In this document: positions 11,101-23,530 of the stretch, piece by piece
Numbering within the stretch: position 1 is the stretch's first letter
How the letters are laid out: each line of letters opens with the position of its first letter
Source of the DNA: Hormiphora californensis
Lineage: Eukaryota > Animalia > Ctenophora
Assembly: GCA_020137815.1 (NCBI GenBank)
Contig: CM035351.1
Coordinates: forward strand, 7,068,001 to 7,132,000
Direction: 5' to 3'
DNA: 64,000 bases
Notes under the pieces: model-generated
Told to the model about the DNA's origin: nothing
Database searches by the model: none
Seen by the model: the letters and a program-made list of their open reading frames with translations, nothing else
Translations under genes and position numbers: made by a program

Positions 11101-14100
11101 ACCATATAGAACAAATCATTGTGTTGTAGTAGCACTAAATTGTAAATTGCGTGCCACATTGCGCGGCTTACATCTCCTGAAAACGTGCCATTGAAGTATT
11201 TGATGAAGGAGCAACACCGTTGTCCCTCGCAACTAATCGGGTTACGTCACGGGACAAAAAAAGCGTGACACTTCACTAGTATGTAAACTAGGTATCTCAT
11301 CTGGTTCTCAAGATAATTGACAAAAAGAAATAGAGATACAGTCGGACCCCGATTTAGGGACACCCTCGGGGGAAAGGCTCTTGTCCACTAAATCGGGGTG
11401 TCCACTAAATCGGGGTGAAATAAGGTTAATTTCCCATATCGGGGGAAAAAAATGCTGTCCCTAAATCGGGGTGCCACTAAATCGGGGGCCCCTAAATCGG
11501 GGTCCGACTGTAGATAAAAAGAGCGATAAAACATTCTCCGAATCGTGTCTCATATCGTCTAGCACTCCTAATAAGCTTCCCCGAATCATGTTCCATATAC
11601 CGTATCGTCTCACACTGCTAATGAGCTCCCCCGAATCATAAGTTCCGTATCTCGTATCGTTTCACTCTGCTAATGGCGCATCCCAGAATCGTGTCAGTGA
11701 GGGGGGTGGATATGTGACACTGTCACATATCCATCCCGCTCATTAGAATTTGTTAGTGGATTCACTAGCTATAATTGTTATCGACGTCACGAACAACACT
11801 ACAACGTTCAACGAGTACCGGGAGGTTTTGGAAGAGTGTGAAAGATCAGAAACTTTAGCCAGGCAATTTCTGGGAACATCCTACCTATACTACTTTCTCG
11901 AAAATCAGACCTGTTGGAGAGTTTTTTACTGTGGATCCTGATAGTGATAATGCAAGGCGGCTGTTTAGTACCTATCCGATCATAGATTTGAATAAACATC
12001 GTGTTAAGGAGCTGCTGATTCACGTGAAATGCTCTATGAACTGTCAAAAGAAGGACCCCTTTTACCATTATATCCAAGATGAACTGATAGTGTAATTTTA
12101 ATTATGTAACATTAGATTTATCATTATGTAAATCGTTTACATTTGTGCTCATTTAATATTACATGATTCGAAAACTCACGTGTCACTCACATGTCACTCA
12201 CGTGTCACTCACGTGTCACTCACTCTCACTAGCTTTGGCTTATAGAACCTAATCAGATCACATTTCTATGAGCCATAGTTGTATGCATCTATGGCTCATA
12301 AAATCTATGAGCCACAGTTGCATGCATCTATGGCTCATAGATTTTATGAGCCATAGTTGCATGAGCCATAGTTGTAGGTAATCGTTGAAATTGTGAAATA
12401 ATAGAGGTACAATACAAACTTGGGTAACTCTGGCACTGTTAGGGATGGCCGACACTGTCTTACCTCTTCTAAGTTGGTTTTTCTGTCACTCTTTATAGTC
12501 TGTATAATTTCAAGAGCGGTGGTGAGCTGTGATCTTTGCTCCTCGCCCGGTTCCAGGACTGCTATCAGTGAGGGTAGGTAGAGGAACCAAACTGAGTAAA
12601 CCTGCTGAACCAGACACCTAAAATATTTAAATTTTAGAGGATATATATATCATATCATTTAGAGAATGTACTTGGTCGAATTGTTCATACAGTGTCAGGC
12701 GACTCAAATACTTGAAAGAGTGGGAGACTAAACACGGATAGGATATTTGGAATTGGACAAATTGGGGGGGGGGGGGGGGGGTCCAGCCCTAAAAAAAGCT
12801 AAAGGTACCCTGATTTTGGTCGATAGCGTTTTTTATTTTAGCTTTTTTTAGCTTTTTTTAGCTTTTTTTAGCTTTTTTTAGCCCTACTTTTTATGTTTTT
12901 TCAGCATTCATCTTGACACTTTTCCATTAAATTTTCATCCTTCCGGACGTCTATTGACTGCATTTGTTCATTTCCTGCACATTTTTTACCATAATCTACC
13001 GTTTATGTCCATACATAGCAATTTCTGTATCCACCCCTACTGCCATTTTCTGGAGACATTTTTTCGATAAAAATATTATTCAAATTTGATAAAAATAGTT
13101 TTAAAAAAGTTCAAAAAACGTTATAAAACGTTATAATAAAAGTTTAAAAAATTTGGCGTCAGCGGGATTCGAACCTATATGAATCCACTAAAAACTCAAT
13201 TTTAGCTTTTTTTAAGCTTTTTTTAGCTTTTTTTAGCTTTTTTTAGCCTTAAAAAAGCTAAAAAAAGCTAAAAAAAAGTTAAAAAAGCTAAAAAAAGCTA
13301 AAAAAGGCTAAAAAAGCTAAAAAAAGCTAAAAAAAAGCTAAAGGTACCCTGATTTTGGCCGTTAGCTTAGCTTTTTTTAGGGCTGGACCCCCCCCCCCCA
13401 AATTATTACCTGGCCCAAGCAGGGGTGGCAGAGCGGGTTTTGGCAGTTGTACAACGTTTACTCATTTTCTGTTTCTCCACCTTGGTACACAATGTAATAA
13501 CAGACCGTTCCAGGGGTGTCTTCTCCCCCGGCAAACTCTGGTAAAACAGATCAGGATCCAGAACAAACACGGGGTAACTGTAGAGCTTTCCAGGGCTGAT
13601 ACCTGAAATATAGTGTTGTAGTACACAAGGTATGAATTCACCAAAATCACCCTAGCAACACCACCCCAATCACCCTAGCAACACCAACTCACCTTTACTG
13701 ATCTTATTGCTCTGAACGACCACGGTGACTCCCCGGTTGTCACTATTGGCAACCAGGAGAGGCTCGGAGCTACCCTAACTTCTCAATACACCCATCAAAG
13801 AACTCTAGAGTCTCGTCACTGTCCGACAGAAAGGATCGGGCCATAATGAAACAGTTGAACATCTGGGTCCGTAATAGTTTCTAAGGAGAGGGTGAAAAGG
13901 GTGTTACAAATTATCTAGGGTTGGGACTTGGAAAGGGTGAGTTATGCGATGGAGGGCGTGGGATACATATTTGAACTGTTTCAGGGTATTTGCCCCTTTC
14001 TTGCCCCGTGCCCACTATTGTAAAATAAAAAGGGCTTGTTACCTTATAAAAAGAGCGCTGGTAATCGCCCCTGCTCGCTATAAACTTGTCCACATCAAAC

Positions 14101-17100
14101 AAGTTCTCAGCGTTCACAAAGTTCCTATCCTTGTGTTCCATAACGGGAAGGAGGTATTCTGTGTACCCCGCCAGAAGGGTCGCCTGGAGACGCAGGAATA
14201 TCTCCTGAACGGCTAGCTCTGTCCGCCTACTACCTGGAGATACATGATTAGCGTTGGAGATACATGAATCGTGATGAGTAGCAGCAAACATTAATTTACC
14301 AGGCTTGGTTTCTCAACTATTTAGATTCACGAGAGGAGTGATCGAGAGTTAGAGCAGACACAGAACACAAACAATAAACAATGACTACGTACTGAGTTGG
14401 TTAGCTTCAACATCGTTGTATACATTAGCGAGGCTGTTCCGGAGGTTATTGAGGGTTGTTTTGGGAAGCTGATCTGATAGGCTCACATTACTGGATGGTA
14501 ACCTGATCCTGTTGTTATCTAGATCCACCTGGGTGAGCCGATCTGGACATGAGTACATCATCAGGATGTCTCTCTTCATTCCTGTAGAGAGGATAAAATT
14601 AGATGGGTTAAAAAAATGTATAATCCTGTTTCTAGTAACCATTTTAAACTAGTTGTTTAGAATGGATGAAATTGAAGGAGTATGGGAATTGGGACCTGTA
14701 GTAGAAAGAGTTTGGTAGCCGCGTTTCATACCTATGATAAAAGGAGTGAGGAGATCTAGCTCATAATCCACAAATATCTGCTCTCCTATTGTTCGTGGAA
14801 GGAGGGGGATGAAAGTTGAAACCCATTTGATAGGATACAACAAGGAACAAATGGCCTCAGCACAGGCCGTCAGTTTGGAGGAGGAGTCGGAGATAAGAAG
14901 GACATTCTCCTCGAGAAGTAGTTGGAAGAAAACATCAATCACGTGGTTTGGGTCTAGACACTGTACCAGAGTTATCATTGTTCCACCACTACGAGATAGG
15001 GTGGTGTTATATATCACAGGGATGGAAGAGAGATGAAGTTATTCTTTCTGATTCCAAACTCAACAACAAGCTTTAATAATCTCAAGCAGGATGTTAGTGA
15101 GACGGACCTGGTAGGTATTTGGGTGGTGAGAGGTTGCTCAAACTGGACACTACTCTCCCCTATCCCCAGCTCCACTGTAGGCTTAGCAGGCGTGGGAAAT
15201 GGGACATCGTACATCATATTTGATATCACTCTGCAGTGGGAAGTTGGGTGAATATTGAGTAAGTATGAACAAGCTTATAATGTAATATCACGCACGGTTC
15301 GGAGAGGGCAGTCTTTTGTGAAACAAGAACAAGATAACTAGATCGGTAAAACGTTGTAAAGTTTCATGCTGCTACCCACCTTTCAATTGGGATGGTCTGT
15401 GCTAATCCAGAGACTGACAACTCGTACAGTTCTGACAACCATTTCTTGAATGTTTCAAAGAAACATGCCCACCTACTGAGCACACAGATACTCTTGGTGG
15501 CGTAGGGGAATGTATCAGGGGCCCGGGGTACATCTGACATTATCCGAGATATCTCTTCCGTTCCTATTACCAGCTCATAGAATGTTAACGAGCTACCGTA
15601 CATCTAGAACGGGGAGGGTGGCTGTCAGTAATATATTAGTTTACCTTGAAAATCTGAAATTATATAAATCCCTCAAGGGGGATTAGATGCACAATATGTA
15701 ACTGTACACTATCTCAGACTTCCAGGATTGTATAGACCTCCAGGACTTACTTTTAATCCTTTATCGTTTGTCAAGACAAATGAAGAGTACTTGGGAGGGG
15801 GTCTGGGATCCTTGTTCCTGAACCACTCTATCTGAACCCCCATAGGAAGACAAAATGCAGGGACATGCTGCCGGTTCAGAGGGTAACTGGCATTATCTTT
15901 TGCAGGGTAGCTGACAGGAGAGGGTGGGTATTAGTGGGATAGCTGACAGGGGAGGGTGGACAGTGGAGGGTTAGTTCTGATACTAAGGGATGTTAAAACA
16001 TTATAATTAAGGATAAAATATGGACAGTAAATAGTAATAGTTACCTATCTATTAAAGTTTCTTTAAAAATTCCCATGGTCGCAAAAAACTTGGTTATTTT
16101 GAAGGTCACAAAGACATCGGACGTGAAGGTGCTCCTATGCAATCGTATACTTCTGTAACCCTGTTTCTGTAACATGAGGAATATGTCAGAAGCTACTTAA
16201 TTGACATCCAATTAGTATACCTTGGTTGAGTGTCAACATGTGTGTGCAGGAAAATGTGAGATTATTCCATATCACAACAAACGAAGGCTGAGCGCTTGAG
16301 TATCGCGCGAAGACTGGGGTACTTTAGTACTGCGCGCGTCCCCCCGCCCTCCTACCTCGTCTCTCTTGGTGGTTGTGTAGAAGAGATGTGTGACGGCTGA
16401 AGTAAAGGAGCTAGTGAGAGATCTCCTAAATCCTATGTAGACGTGCTTTGTTGGACGAGAGACGTGCCCATTCAGCGATACAGGCTTCCCAGATAGTGAG
16501 GTTTTAATGTAGGTCCAACCAGGTCGTGGTTTTTCCTTCCGTTCAGCGAAGAAAATACTGTTGGAAGTAGAGGTTACATTAACTGCATCATACTACAATA
16601 AAGCTGACTGTACAGTGTACATTATCATGCATTAGCTAGGTTCTCTCTCTCTACTCACTCAATATCACAGCAAGGTTTCAGATCGTAGCCTCGTCTCAGG
16701 ATTATGTAGACCGGTATTTGTGCAGGGTTGACCCAATTAAAGTTAGCTGGGTAGTAGGTGCCTGGTTGGACAACGTATTCCCATCCTTCTGGACATAGCT
16801 CGTTCTCATTGGGTAGGATGACCGCTATGTCAACCACTGGAGCTATTTCGCCCTGGAAGGAGAGTGGGGGAGTTAGGAAGAGAGGGAGTTAGGGAGACTG
16901 GGCGGTCGCCCTGTCATCATACGGGTAGAAATAGGTATCTCAATTATAGGGGGTTAGAAAAAGATAATTATAGGATAAGAGATTGGATCGAATGAGGCTA
17001 GACTAGGCGAATTTCACAATGAAACTAGCCGCAGTAAGACCAGTTATGAAGGACCGAGAAAAGATAGTCAGGGCTCATAGAGAGGTTGGAAAGATGGAAT

Positions 17101-17897
17101 CTACAGAAAGAGCAGTGATCTGTGTCTGTTGGAATACACACACAGTTCTATTGTTAAGTACACGCACATTTAGATAGTCCAGGTTGTTAGAGAGTGTGTG
17201 CCAGGTGAGCAAATGATCCCACTATTTTATGGAGTTGTGAGAGGGATGGAGAGAGATAAAGAGGGACATAGTGATGGAAAATTCGGGAGACATAGTTATG
17301 GGAAAAAGGGAAAGAGTGATGGAGTTTTGTTATGACTTGCATAAATATTGGCCCCGTATAATATGCTTTCACTACGGTTCACTTTACCTAGACTATTGAA
17401 TCACATACGCCCTGTTAATTACACGCCAGGTCATGGGAAGATTCCAGTTAGGGGAGGGGAGAAATATTATAGTCAGAAAGAGCCGGGAGGGAGACAGATT
17501 CTAAGCAGAGGGAGGGGAATGGTTCACAGTAGAATATATTATGGTGGTTGTAGGGCCGGTGAAGGGGACATTATAATAGCAGCATGCAGCTGTCAAGATG
17601 CACCTGTATTGATATGTGCCCCAACTCCCTGCACCATTCCCCTTCATGACATCCAACAACTACAACTCACTCTATTATAGTTGCATGGACCATAATAGTT
17701 ACCTAGTTACCTAGACAACAACATCCTAGTTACCTAGACAATAATAACTCACATATTCCGGGGGTGTGACTAGGAGGGGATTAGCTTGGTCAAGGCCAGC
17801 TATAACAAAGTAGTCTGCTACTGAAGGCGTCTCACCACACTCCATCCCTGAAAAAAGTGGAGAGTTTGAGAAAGAGAAAGAGAGAGATATACGGATA

Positions 17898-17964
<67 letters not shown>

Positions 17965-18556
17965 AGAGAGAGATATACGGATAGGAAGAGAGAGAGAGAG
18001 GGAGAGAGAAGAAGAAAGAGTTATCACATGCACTGAAACGTCACATAACACACAGTAAACAGACAGCTTCACCACGACACATCTAAACGAAATGGATGAT
18101 ACAAACAATAATACCGCCAAGTAATCAGCTAATGAATTTGTGCGGAAGTAGGCCAAATAAAACTGATCTAACTGCCAAAAGAATGCTCTAGAGCCTTTCT
18201 GAGTTGTGCGAAGGAAGTTTACGAATGCAAACTAAAGAATAATATCCTAGTTTATAGCACATAAAGTAAGATTTAAAGCAAAGGTCACGACACATGTTTT
18301 ACACAATATCGAGATCCAGCGGCTGGAAGTTGTCCAGAACTAGATCTGCACGTCACAACACTCAATATATAATGTACTACACATGAACAACACGTGACGT
18401 CACATCACCATGTTCACAACACCATCTGTACTACACATGTGCTCACAACACGTGTGTGTTCCTCTCGCAACTACCTGGCTGATCATTGACACTCTTGAAG
18501 CTGACAGTACTGGATCTCCTTCTCCGGTGGCTCTTCAGGGACCCACTCCTGCTCAT
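5175..18556 (-). CDS. DENND4: DENN domain-containing protein 4 (Crag-like Rab GEF: MABP-uDENN-cDENN-dDENN-PPR-C-terminal domain)
   Basis: Exons read MECGETPSVADYFVIAGL (17847-17753), MABP PVVDIAVI..RRGYDLKP (about 16852-16660, 16557-16356), uDENN YPAKDNASYPL..FCLPMG (about 15910-15751), YGSSLTFYE..KSICVLSRW, cDENN LLLEENVLL..LLYPIKW..FIPLLP..PFIIG, a PPR-like segment VCYRILI..VTYGHYHRAV with C..C...YDEQILAG...CPYC (9746-8563), IYRELL (about 6989-6851) and a last exon DDVPPTLSEQHCRQMF (5270-5175). The start is at 18556 or 17845. Confidence 0.92.
5708..6358. mobile_element. Non-autonomous TIR element with poly-G/C termini, 6-bp TSD (AGATAA) and opposed A-tract arrays
   Basis: agataa|ggggggggtgcagccc ... 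gggctgcacccccccccc|agataa. Internal (tttttgatc/ggtcg)n array followed by an (aaaaagatca)n array. Confidence 0.85.
7087..7650. repeat. Intronic minisatellite with two interspersed unit types (about 28 bp and about 23 bp)
   Basis: cccccagtataacacccctgaacacaca and ctctaccagcacacccctgaaca, about 20 units, starting at the DENND4 splice donor at 7653. Confidence 0.95.
9786..12374. mobile_element. Large foldback element (about 0.95-kb inverted arms, TA flanks) in a DENND4 intron
   Basis: Arms at about 9786-10741 and 11288-12374 are near-identical reverse complements; identical ORF translations are seen at 10252-10443(-) and 11750-11941(+). Ends accTA|caactatggctcat ... atgagccatagttg|TAggt. Subterminal ctatggctcat and gtgagtgacac repeats. 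Confidence 0.9.
11339..11510. mobile_element. pogo/Tc1-type MITE nested in the foldback arm
   Basis: TA|cagtcggaccccgattta ... taaatcggggtccgactg|TA with internal ctaaatcgggg repeats; the empty site is present in the opposite arm (about 10680-10695). Confidence 0.92.
12764..13398. mobile_element. Second poly-G-terminated TIR element with 6-bp TSD (CAAATT) and opposed A-tract arrays
   Basis: caaatt|gggg...gtccagccct ... agggctggacccccccc|caaatt. Arrays of (gcttttttta)n and (aaaaaagcta)n. Confidence 0.85.
17872..18012. repeat. (AG)n microsatellite (others at about 18900, 21770, 22080, 25437, 28126, 44457, 45300, 46462, 54560, 56810)
   Basis: Direct reading of the sequence. Confidence 0.95.
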
Positions 18557-18951
18557 AATGACGTCACAAACAGGCTTATGACGTCAAGCACAGGTCTCTC
18601 TCAGGAGTAGGGTGGATGTTGGGTGGTTTCACTGCTGTTATTGTTGCTGTTCATCCAGCGCCATCCAGTTATTACCTTACAACAGGGGGGAACACATAGT
18701 CAAAAACAGGCCGGGGTAATAATGAGCAAATCTGGTTGCACCCGACATGATTTGAACCACTGACAACAGGAAAAAAAAGGGGCACAAATGGGAAATGAGT
18801 TGCGTAGTAGTAGCGAGATAAAGATGATCTGAGAGGGAAATAATGTTCTGTGAGAGGCACACGAGCTCTACATATAATATTTCCCTGGATAGAGGGACAC
18901 AGAAGAGAGAGAGTCTGTGTGAGAGAGAGATAGGGAGAGAGAGAGAGAGAG

Positions 18952-21542
18952 CACGGTGTCCCTTACGGAGGTGAAACCTCGACTAGATAAAGTTTTTTGG
19001 AGACCGGACCTAGGTTACGTATTTTTGACCGAGGAATCCGAAAAACATAAAATTAAAATCGAAAACGTAGCGGTTTTTGCGTAAAACGGCAAAAACTGTC
19101 ATTTTTCAGCGATTTTCGACTTTTTACGCTTTCTAGAGATTTTAAAAATATTTCCTTACAAGATATGATCTTGTGCTTCTAGACTAATAAAATACAATCG
19201 ATTTGCTACAAATTGGTCCCGGGTTTGTGTGATTTGGTCAAAAGCTCTCTTTACTGTGGCCCATCAAAGATGGCCACTCTGCAAATGGTCATTTTTTTTT
19301 AACTTGTGCAACTACCAAATTTTTTCAAATGATCATAGCAAAATAGCTGTGGCCACTGGAAATTTACTCAGCACCTCAAAAAATCGAGAAATATTAAAAG
19401 TTCAATTTAGTGAAAGAACGAAGTCTCTAGCTTACTCCAGTGAGGTGCTATAGCATTTCTACGCCGTGAGGTGCTATCGTGAGGTGCCCCCGATTTGTAG
19501 AAATACCGTTTGATCAAAAATCTCCAAACTTTCAGAAATGGTGGGGATATTTCTCACTCATCAGATGAGGTGAAAACCATGGAAAAATTTACTCATTTGG
19601 TGAGGTGCAAGCCGATTTTAGAGCTAAAAGTTTACTCACTAGGGGTCAAATGAGTAAATAAAGAATTGAAACTTGGCATAAAGCAAGATTAGACAATTTC
19701 CCTCCTGATTTACCGAAAATTTGCTCTAAAAATTACTCAGCGAGTGAGGTGCAGACCCTCAAAAAATGACATATTTTACCTACTTCTCCAGTGCACCTCA
19801 CAGGTTGAACAATGACCTTGGAATCGATTAGGTAGTGTTTGGGGATGTCATATGAGCAAATTAAGGCCACTTTCAGAACTATATACTCACTGAGTACATA
19901 CAGTTTTTTGGGTGCACCTCACTCATTGAGCAAAATTTTTGGAACTTTTTTGGTACAAATGATGGTTTTGAGTCTACTGCAAGTATCTAGCTAGGAAAAG
20001 TCGTGAAACGTGAGGTGCTACGGGCTTAAAAGTAGCTGTAAGTATACAGTGTAACTTTAAACACCGGTTGCACCTCATAGATTGAGTAAGTTTGCTTACA
20101 TATTTTAATGGTGTTTATTATGGACATTTTTCAGCATATTTTCGAAAATTTTAGGAAAAAATATTAAAATTTGACGGAATGGCACACGCTTTTGCAAACA
20201 TGGTCACCGGCACCTCACGAGGTGAGTTTTTAATTTATTTTGCCTGTAAATCTATTCCCTATACACTTTTACACATAATATTCGTTGGAAAATAATATTT
20301 TTTGACAAAAACTATGATAAAAGTCGAAAAAACTGAACTTATGTCATTTTCGGAAAAAAATTTGCACAAGTTAAAAAAAAAATGACCAAATACGTATTTG
20401 GCTCCTGTGGCCGCAGATGTAAACCAAAATAAGATTCATTATACACCAAAATTTGCGTCTTCTCAAGGCAAACAACCTGGTTTTTACGAAATTTGATTTC
20501 ATGCAGGCGTTCAAAAATTACAGCCGAAAAACTGGTACAGTGGATTTCGGAAATACCCCTACTTCAACAAATCCTAATCCAGATAAGTTTTCGAAAAATA
20601 TACATGTTCATACATGAAAATGAAGCTCAGACAAATGCCAACGTGATGCAAAAAACGGGAAGTGTGTAACTTATTTTGTTTAGAAGCTATAGCCAAAATA
20701 AAAGTGCTTATATATAAATATATTTGCCTTGAAAACACCCTCTAAAAACCATACTTTTAGACAATTTCTGACAATTTCAAACAAATTCTGTCCACAGGGG
20801 GCTAAGTTGGTGCACTGGAGGTGACATTTTATTCGTATTTCATTTTTAAAAAGATTTGCTATTTTTCAGGGCTTTTAGAGGGTGTTTTCAATGCAAAAAT
20901 AAGCACTTTTATTTGGGCTATAGCGTCTAAACGAAATAAGTTACACACTTCCCGTTTGTTGCATCGTATTGGCATTTGTCTGAGCTTCATTTTCATGTAT
21001 GAACATGTATATTTTTCGAAATCTTATCTGGATTAGGATTTGTTGAAATAGGAGTATTTCCGAAATCCACTGTACCAGTTTTTCGGCTGTAATTTTTGAA
21101 CGCCTGCATGAAATCAAATTTCGTAAAAACCAGGTTGTTTGCCTTGAGAAGACGCAAATTTTGGTGTATAATAAATCTTCTTTTGGTTTACATCTGCAGC
21201 CACAGGAGCCAAATACGTATTTGCAGAGTGGCCATCTTTGATGGGCCACAGTAAAGAGAGCTTTTGACCAAATCACACAAACCCGAGACCAATTTGTAGC
21301 AAATCGATTGTATTTTATTAGTCTAGAAGCACAAGATCATATATTGTAAGGAAATATTTTTTAAATCTCTAGAAAGCGTAAAAAGTCGAAAATCGCTGAA
21401 AAATGACAGTTACGCAAAAACCGCTACGTTTTCGATTTTAATTTCATGTTTTTCGGATTCCTCGGTCAAAAATACGTAACCTAGGTCCGGTCTCCAAAAA
21501 ACTTTATCTAGTCGAGGTTTCACCTCCTTAAGGGACACCGTG
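18952..21542. mobile_element. Non-autonomous foldback with CACGGTG termini (CMC group, Chapaev/Transib-like), inserted in (AG)n
   Basis: cacggtgtccctta.ggaggtgaaacctcgactagataaa... and its reverse complement ending caccgtg at 21542. Arm of about 690 bp (18952-19286 plus 20392-20745 versus about 20870-21542). The flanks agag|...|agag allow only an even-length TSD. Confidence 0.85.
19287..20387. mobile_element. Nested 1.1-kb TIR element with 4-bp TSD AAAT (Sola1-like AWWT target)
   Basis: gcAAAT|ggtcatttttttttaacttgtgcaa ... ttgcacaagttaaaaaaaaaatgacc|AAATacg. The right arm of the host element keeps the empty site gcaaatacgtatttgg. Confidence 0.85.
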
Positions 21543-22087
21543 AGAGAGAGAGATAAAAATATAGAGGATGTTAGATTTAGGGCCCTTATCTGGCCACATG
21601 ACAGGGGGACGAGAGAAGAGCAACTACCACAACACGAGCAGTAAACAACAGTGGGTTGCCAGGGGGCAATGTGGAATTGATTGCTAATAACCAGGGAATA
21701 TGAGACGGCCTAGGCAGATCATGCTAGTAGAGGGGGAACATCTGGTGGAAATTATATGGAGTGAGAGAGGGAGAGAGAGGGAGAGAGAGAGAGAGAGGGA
21801 GAGAGAGAGAGGAAGAGAGAGAGGAAGAGAGATAGAGAGAGAGAGAGAGATAGAGAGATCGATCGGCTAGACGCTGCGGCCTAGAAGCGAGAGCGAGGAA
21901 GACGAGCGCTAGCGAGCGAGAGAGTCGTGAGAGTCGTGGATTAAAATTGTAGATTAAAAATTGCAACAAATCCATCAAAAATACGTGATACGGAGCATTG
22001 CAGCGTGTCGTGACAAAGAAGAGCAAAACTATTACCAGCATCGGGGATATAAATAGAGCGTAGGGAAATGAAGGGAGATAAGAGAGA

Positions 22088-22172
<85 letters not shown>

Positions 22173-22739
22173 GATAGAGAGATTTGATAGAATTGGCGCA
22201 TGTCAAAGACGGAAAGAGAAAGAGACACACAAACAAGTTCGCATAAATAATACAAACCGTGTGCATTCAAAGGGAATTATGTGCGTGTTGTGAACTTGGG
22301 AGAGGAAATCTAAGAGGAAAGGGAAGATTTATTTCCCTAATATAATACGAGCGGAGGAGGGGGACAATTAACTACTTGGTTTACTGGAATCTCTTGGCTG
22401 CTCTCTTGCTGTGGACATATTTTAACACCAGAAACAGATTTAACAACAGAAAGCCAAAGATGCAGAGAGAGAGAGCAAGAGAGGAGAGAGAGCGAGAGAG
22501 AAGAGATAGCGAGAGAGAGAGAGAGATTCACCATCATGTGGCGTCAACAAAGTCAGAGAGTTGTGAGATAGTTCCCTGCTAGTGTTTGATAGAACGGAGA
22601 TGAGAGAGAATGATAGAAATAAAAGAAAGTCAAGGAAAAGTATGAAAGAGGAAAATGTGTTTGTGTTCTGCGCCTGCTGAGTCTCTCCAATGCGGCCCAT
22701 TAGTGTGTACCAACTGTTTTACTTGCATTTCCCATCCAG

Positions 22740-23530
22740 AAAGGGGGAGAGAGGAAAAAAGGGGGGAAGGGGGGGGGGGAAAAAAAAAGGAAGAAAAGAA
22801 GAGAGAAAGGGGGAGGGGGGGAAAAAGGGAAAAGGGGAGGGGGGGAAGGGGGGGGGAAAAAAAAGGAGAAGGGGGGAAAAGAGAAGGGGGGAAAAAAAGA
22901 AAAAAAAGGAGAAAAGAAGGGAGGGGGGAGGAAAAGGGGAAAAAGGGGGAAAAAGAAAAAGAAAAAAATAGAAGGGGATAAAAAGGAAAGGGAAAAAAAC
23001 AGAAAGAAAGAAAGGGAAAAAAAAATTGTATTTTTGGTGCAAGGAGGAAAAGGAAAGAAAAAAAAGGATTAGGAAAAAAGGGGGCAGAAGACGGGGGAAA
23101 AACCCAATAAAGGGAAAATGGGAGGGGAGGGCAAAACAAAAAGGGAAGAGAAAAAATGCCCGGGGAAAAAGAAAAAAGGGGAAAGAAGGGGGGGGGGAAA
23201 AAAAGGAGGGGGGGGGATAAAGGTGAAGGGGAACAGGAAAGAATAGGGAGGAAGAAAGCCCAAAAGAAAGGGGGAAGGGAGGAGCATAAAAGGGTGAATA
23301 AATAGAAGGCTATAACAGGGGTTTTGATAAACATCAACCTTTTTTCCCGAAAATATAAAAAAGGGGCCCTCCAAAATATAAAAAATTTCCCTGCTTTAAA
23401 AGTGGGCCCCGTCCTTTGGGCCCCCCCCCTTTTTTTTTAAATTGGGAAAAGTGGGTTCCGGGGAATCTAAAAAATGTGAACGGAGGGGGTAAATTAAAAG
23501 AGAAAGGGAAGAGGGGGAAAAGAGGGAAGA
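22740..23530. other. Purine-rich homopolymer-laden stretch, probably low-quality consensus (similar at about 52840-53900 and 55430-56200)
   Basis: Abrupt switch to irregular G/A runs with no periodicity or splice signals, next to (AG)n tracts. Confidence 0.6.

Noticed and set aside
10116-12077. Duplicated 63- and 89-aa ORFs as a gene pair
   Set aside because: They are mirror copies within foldback arms, have non-ATG starts and show no recognisable domain.
22630-23374. Long Phe/Pro- or Gly/Lys-rich ORFs
   Set aside because: They come from low-complexity, probably erroneous purine-rich sequence.
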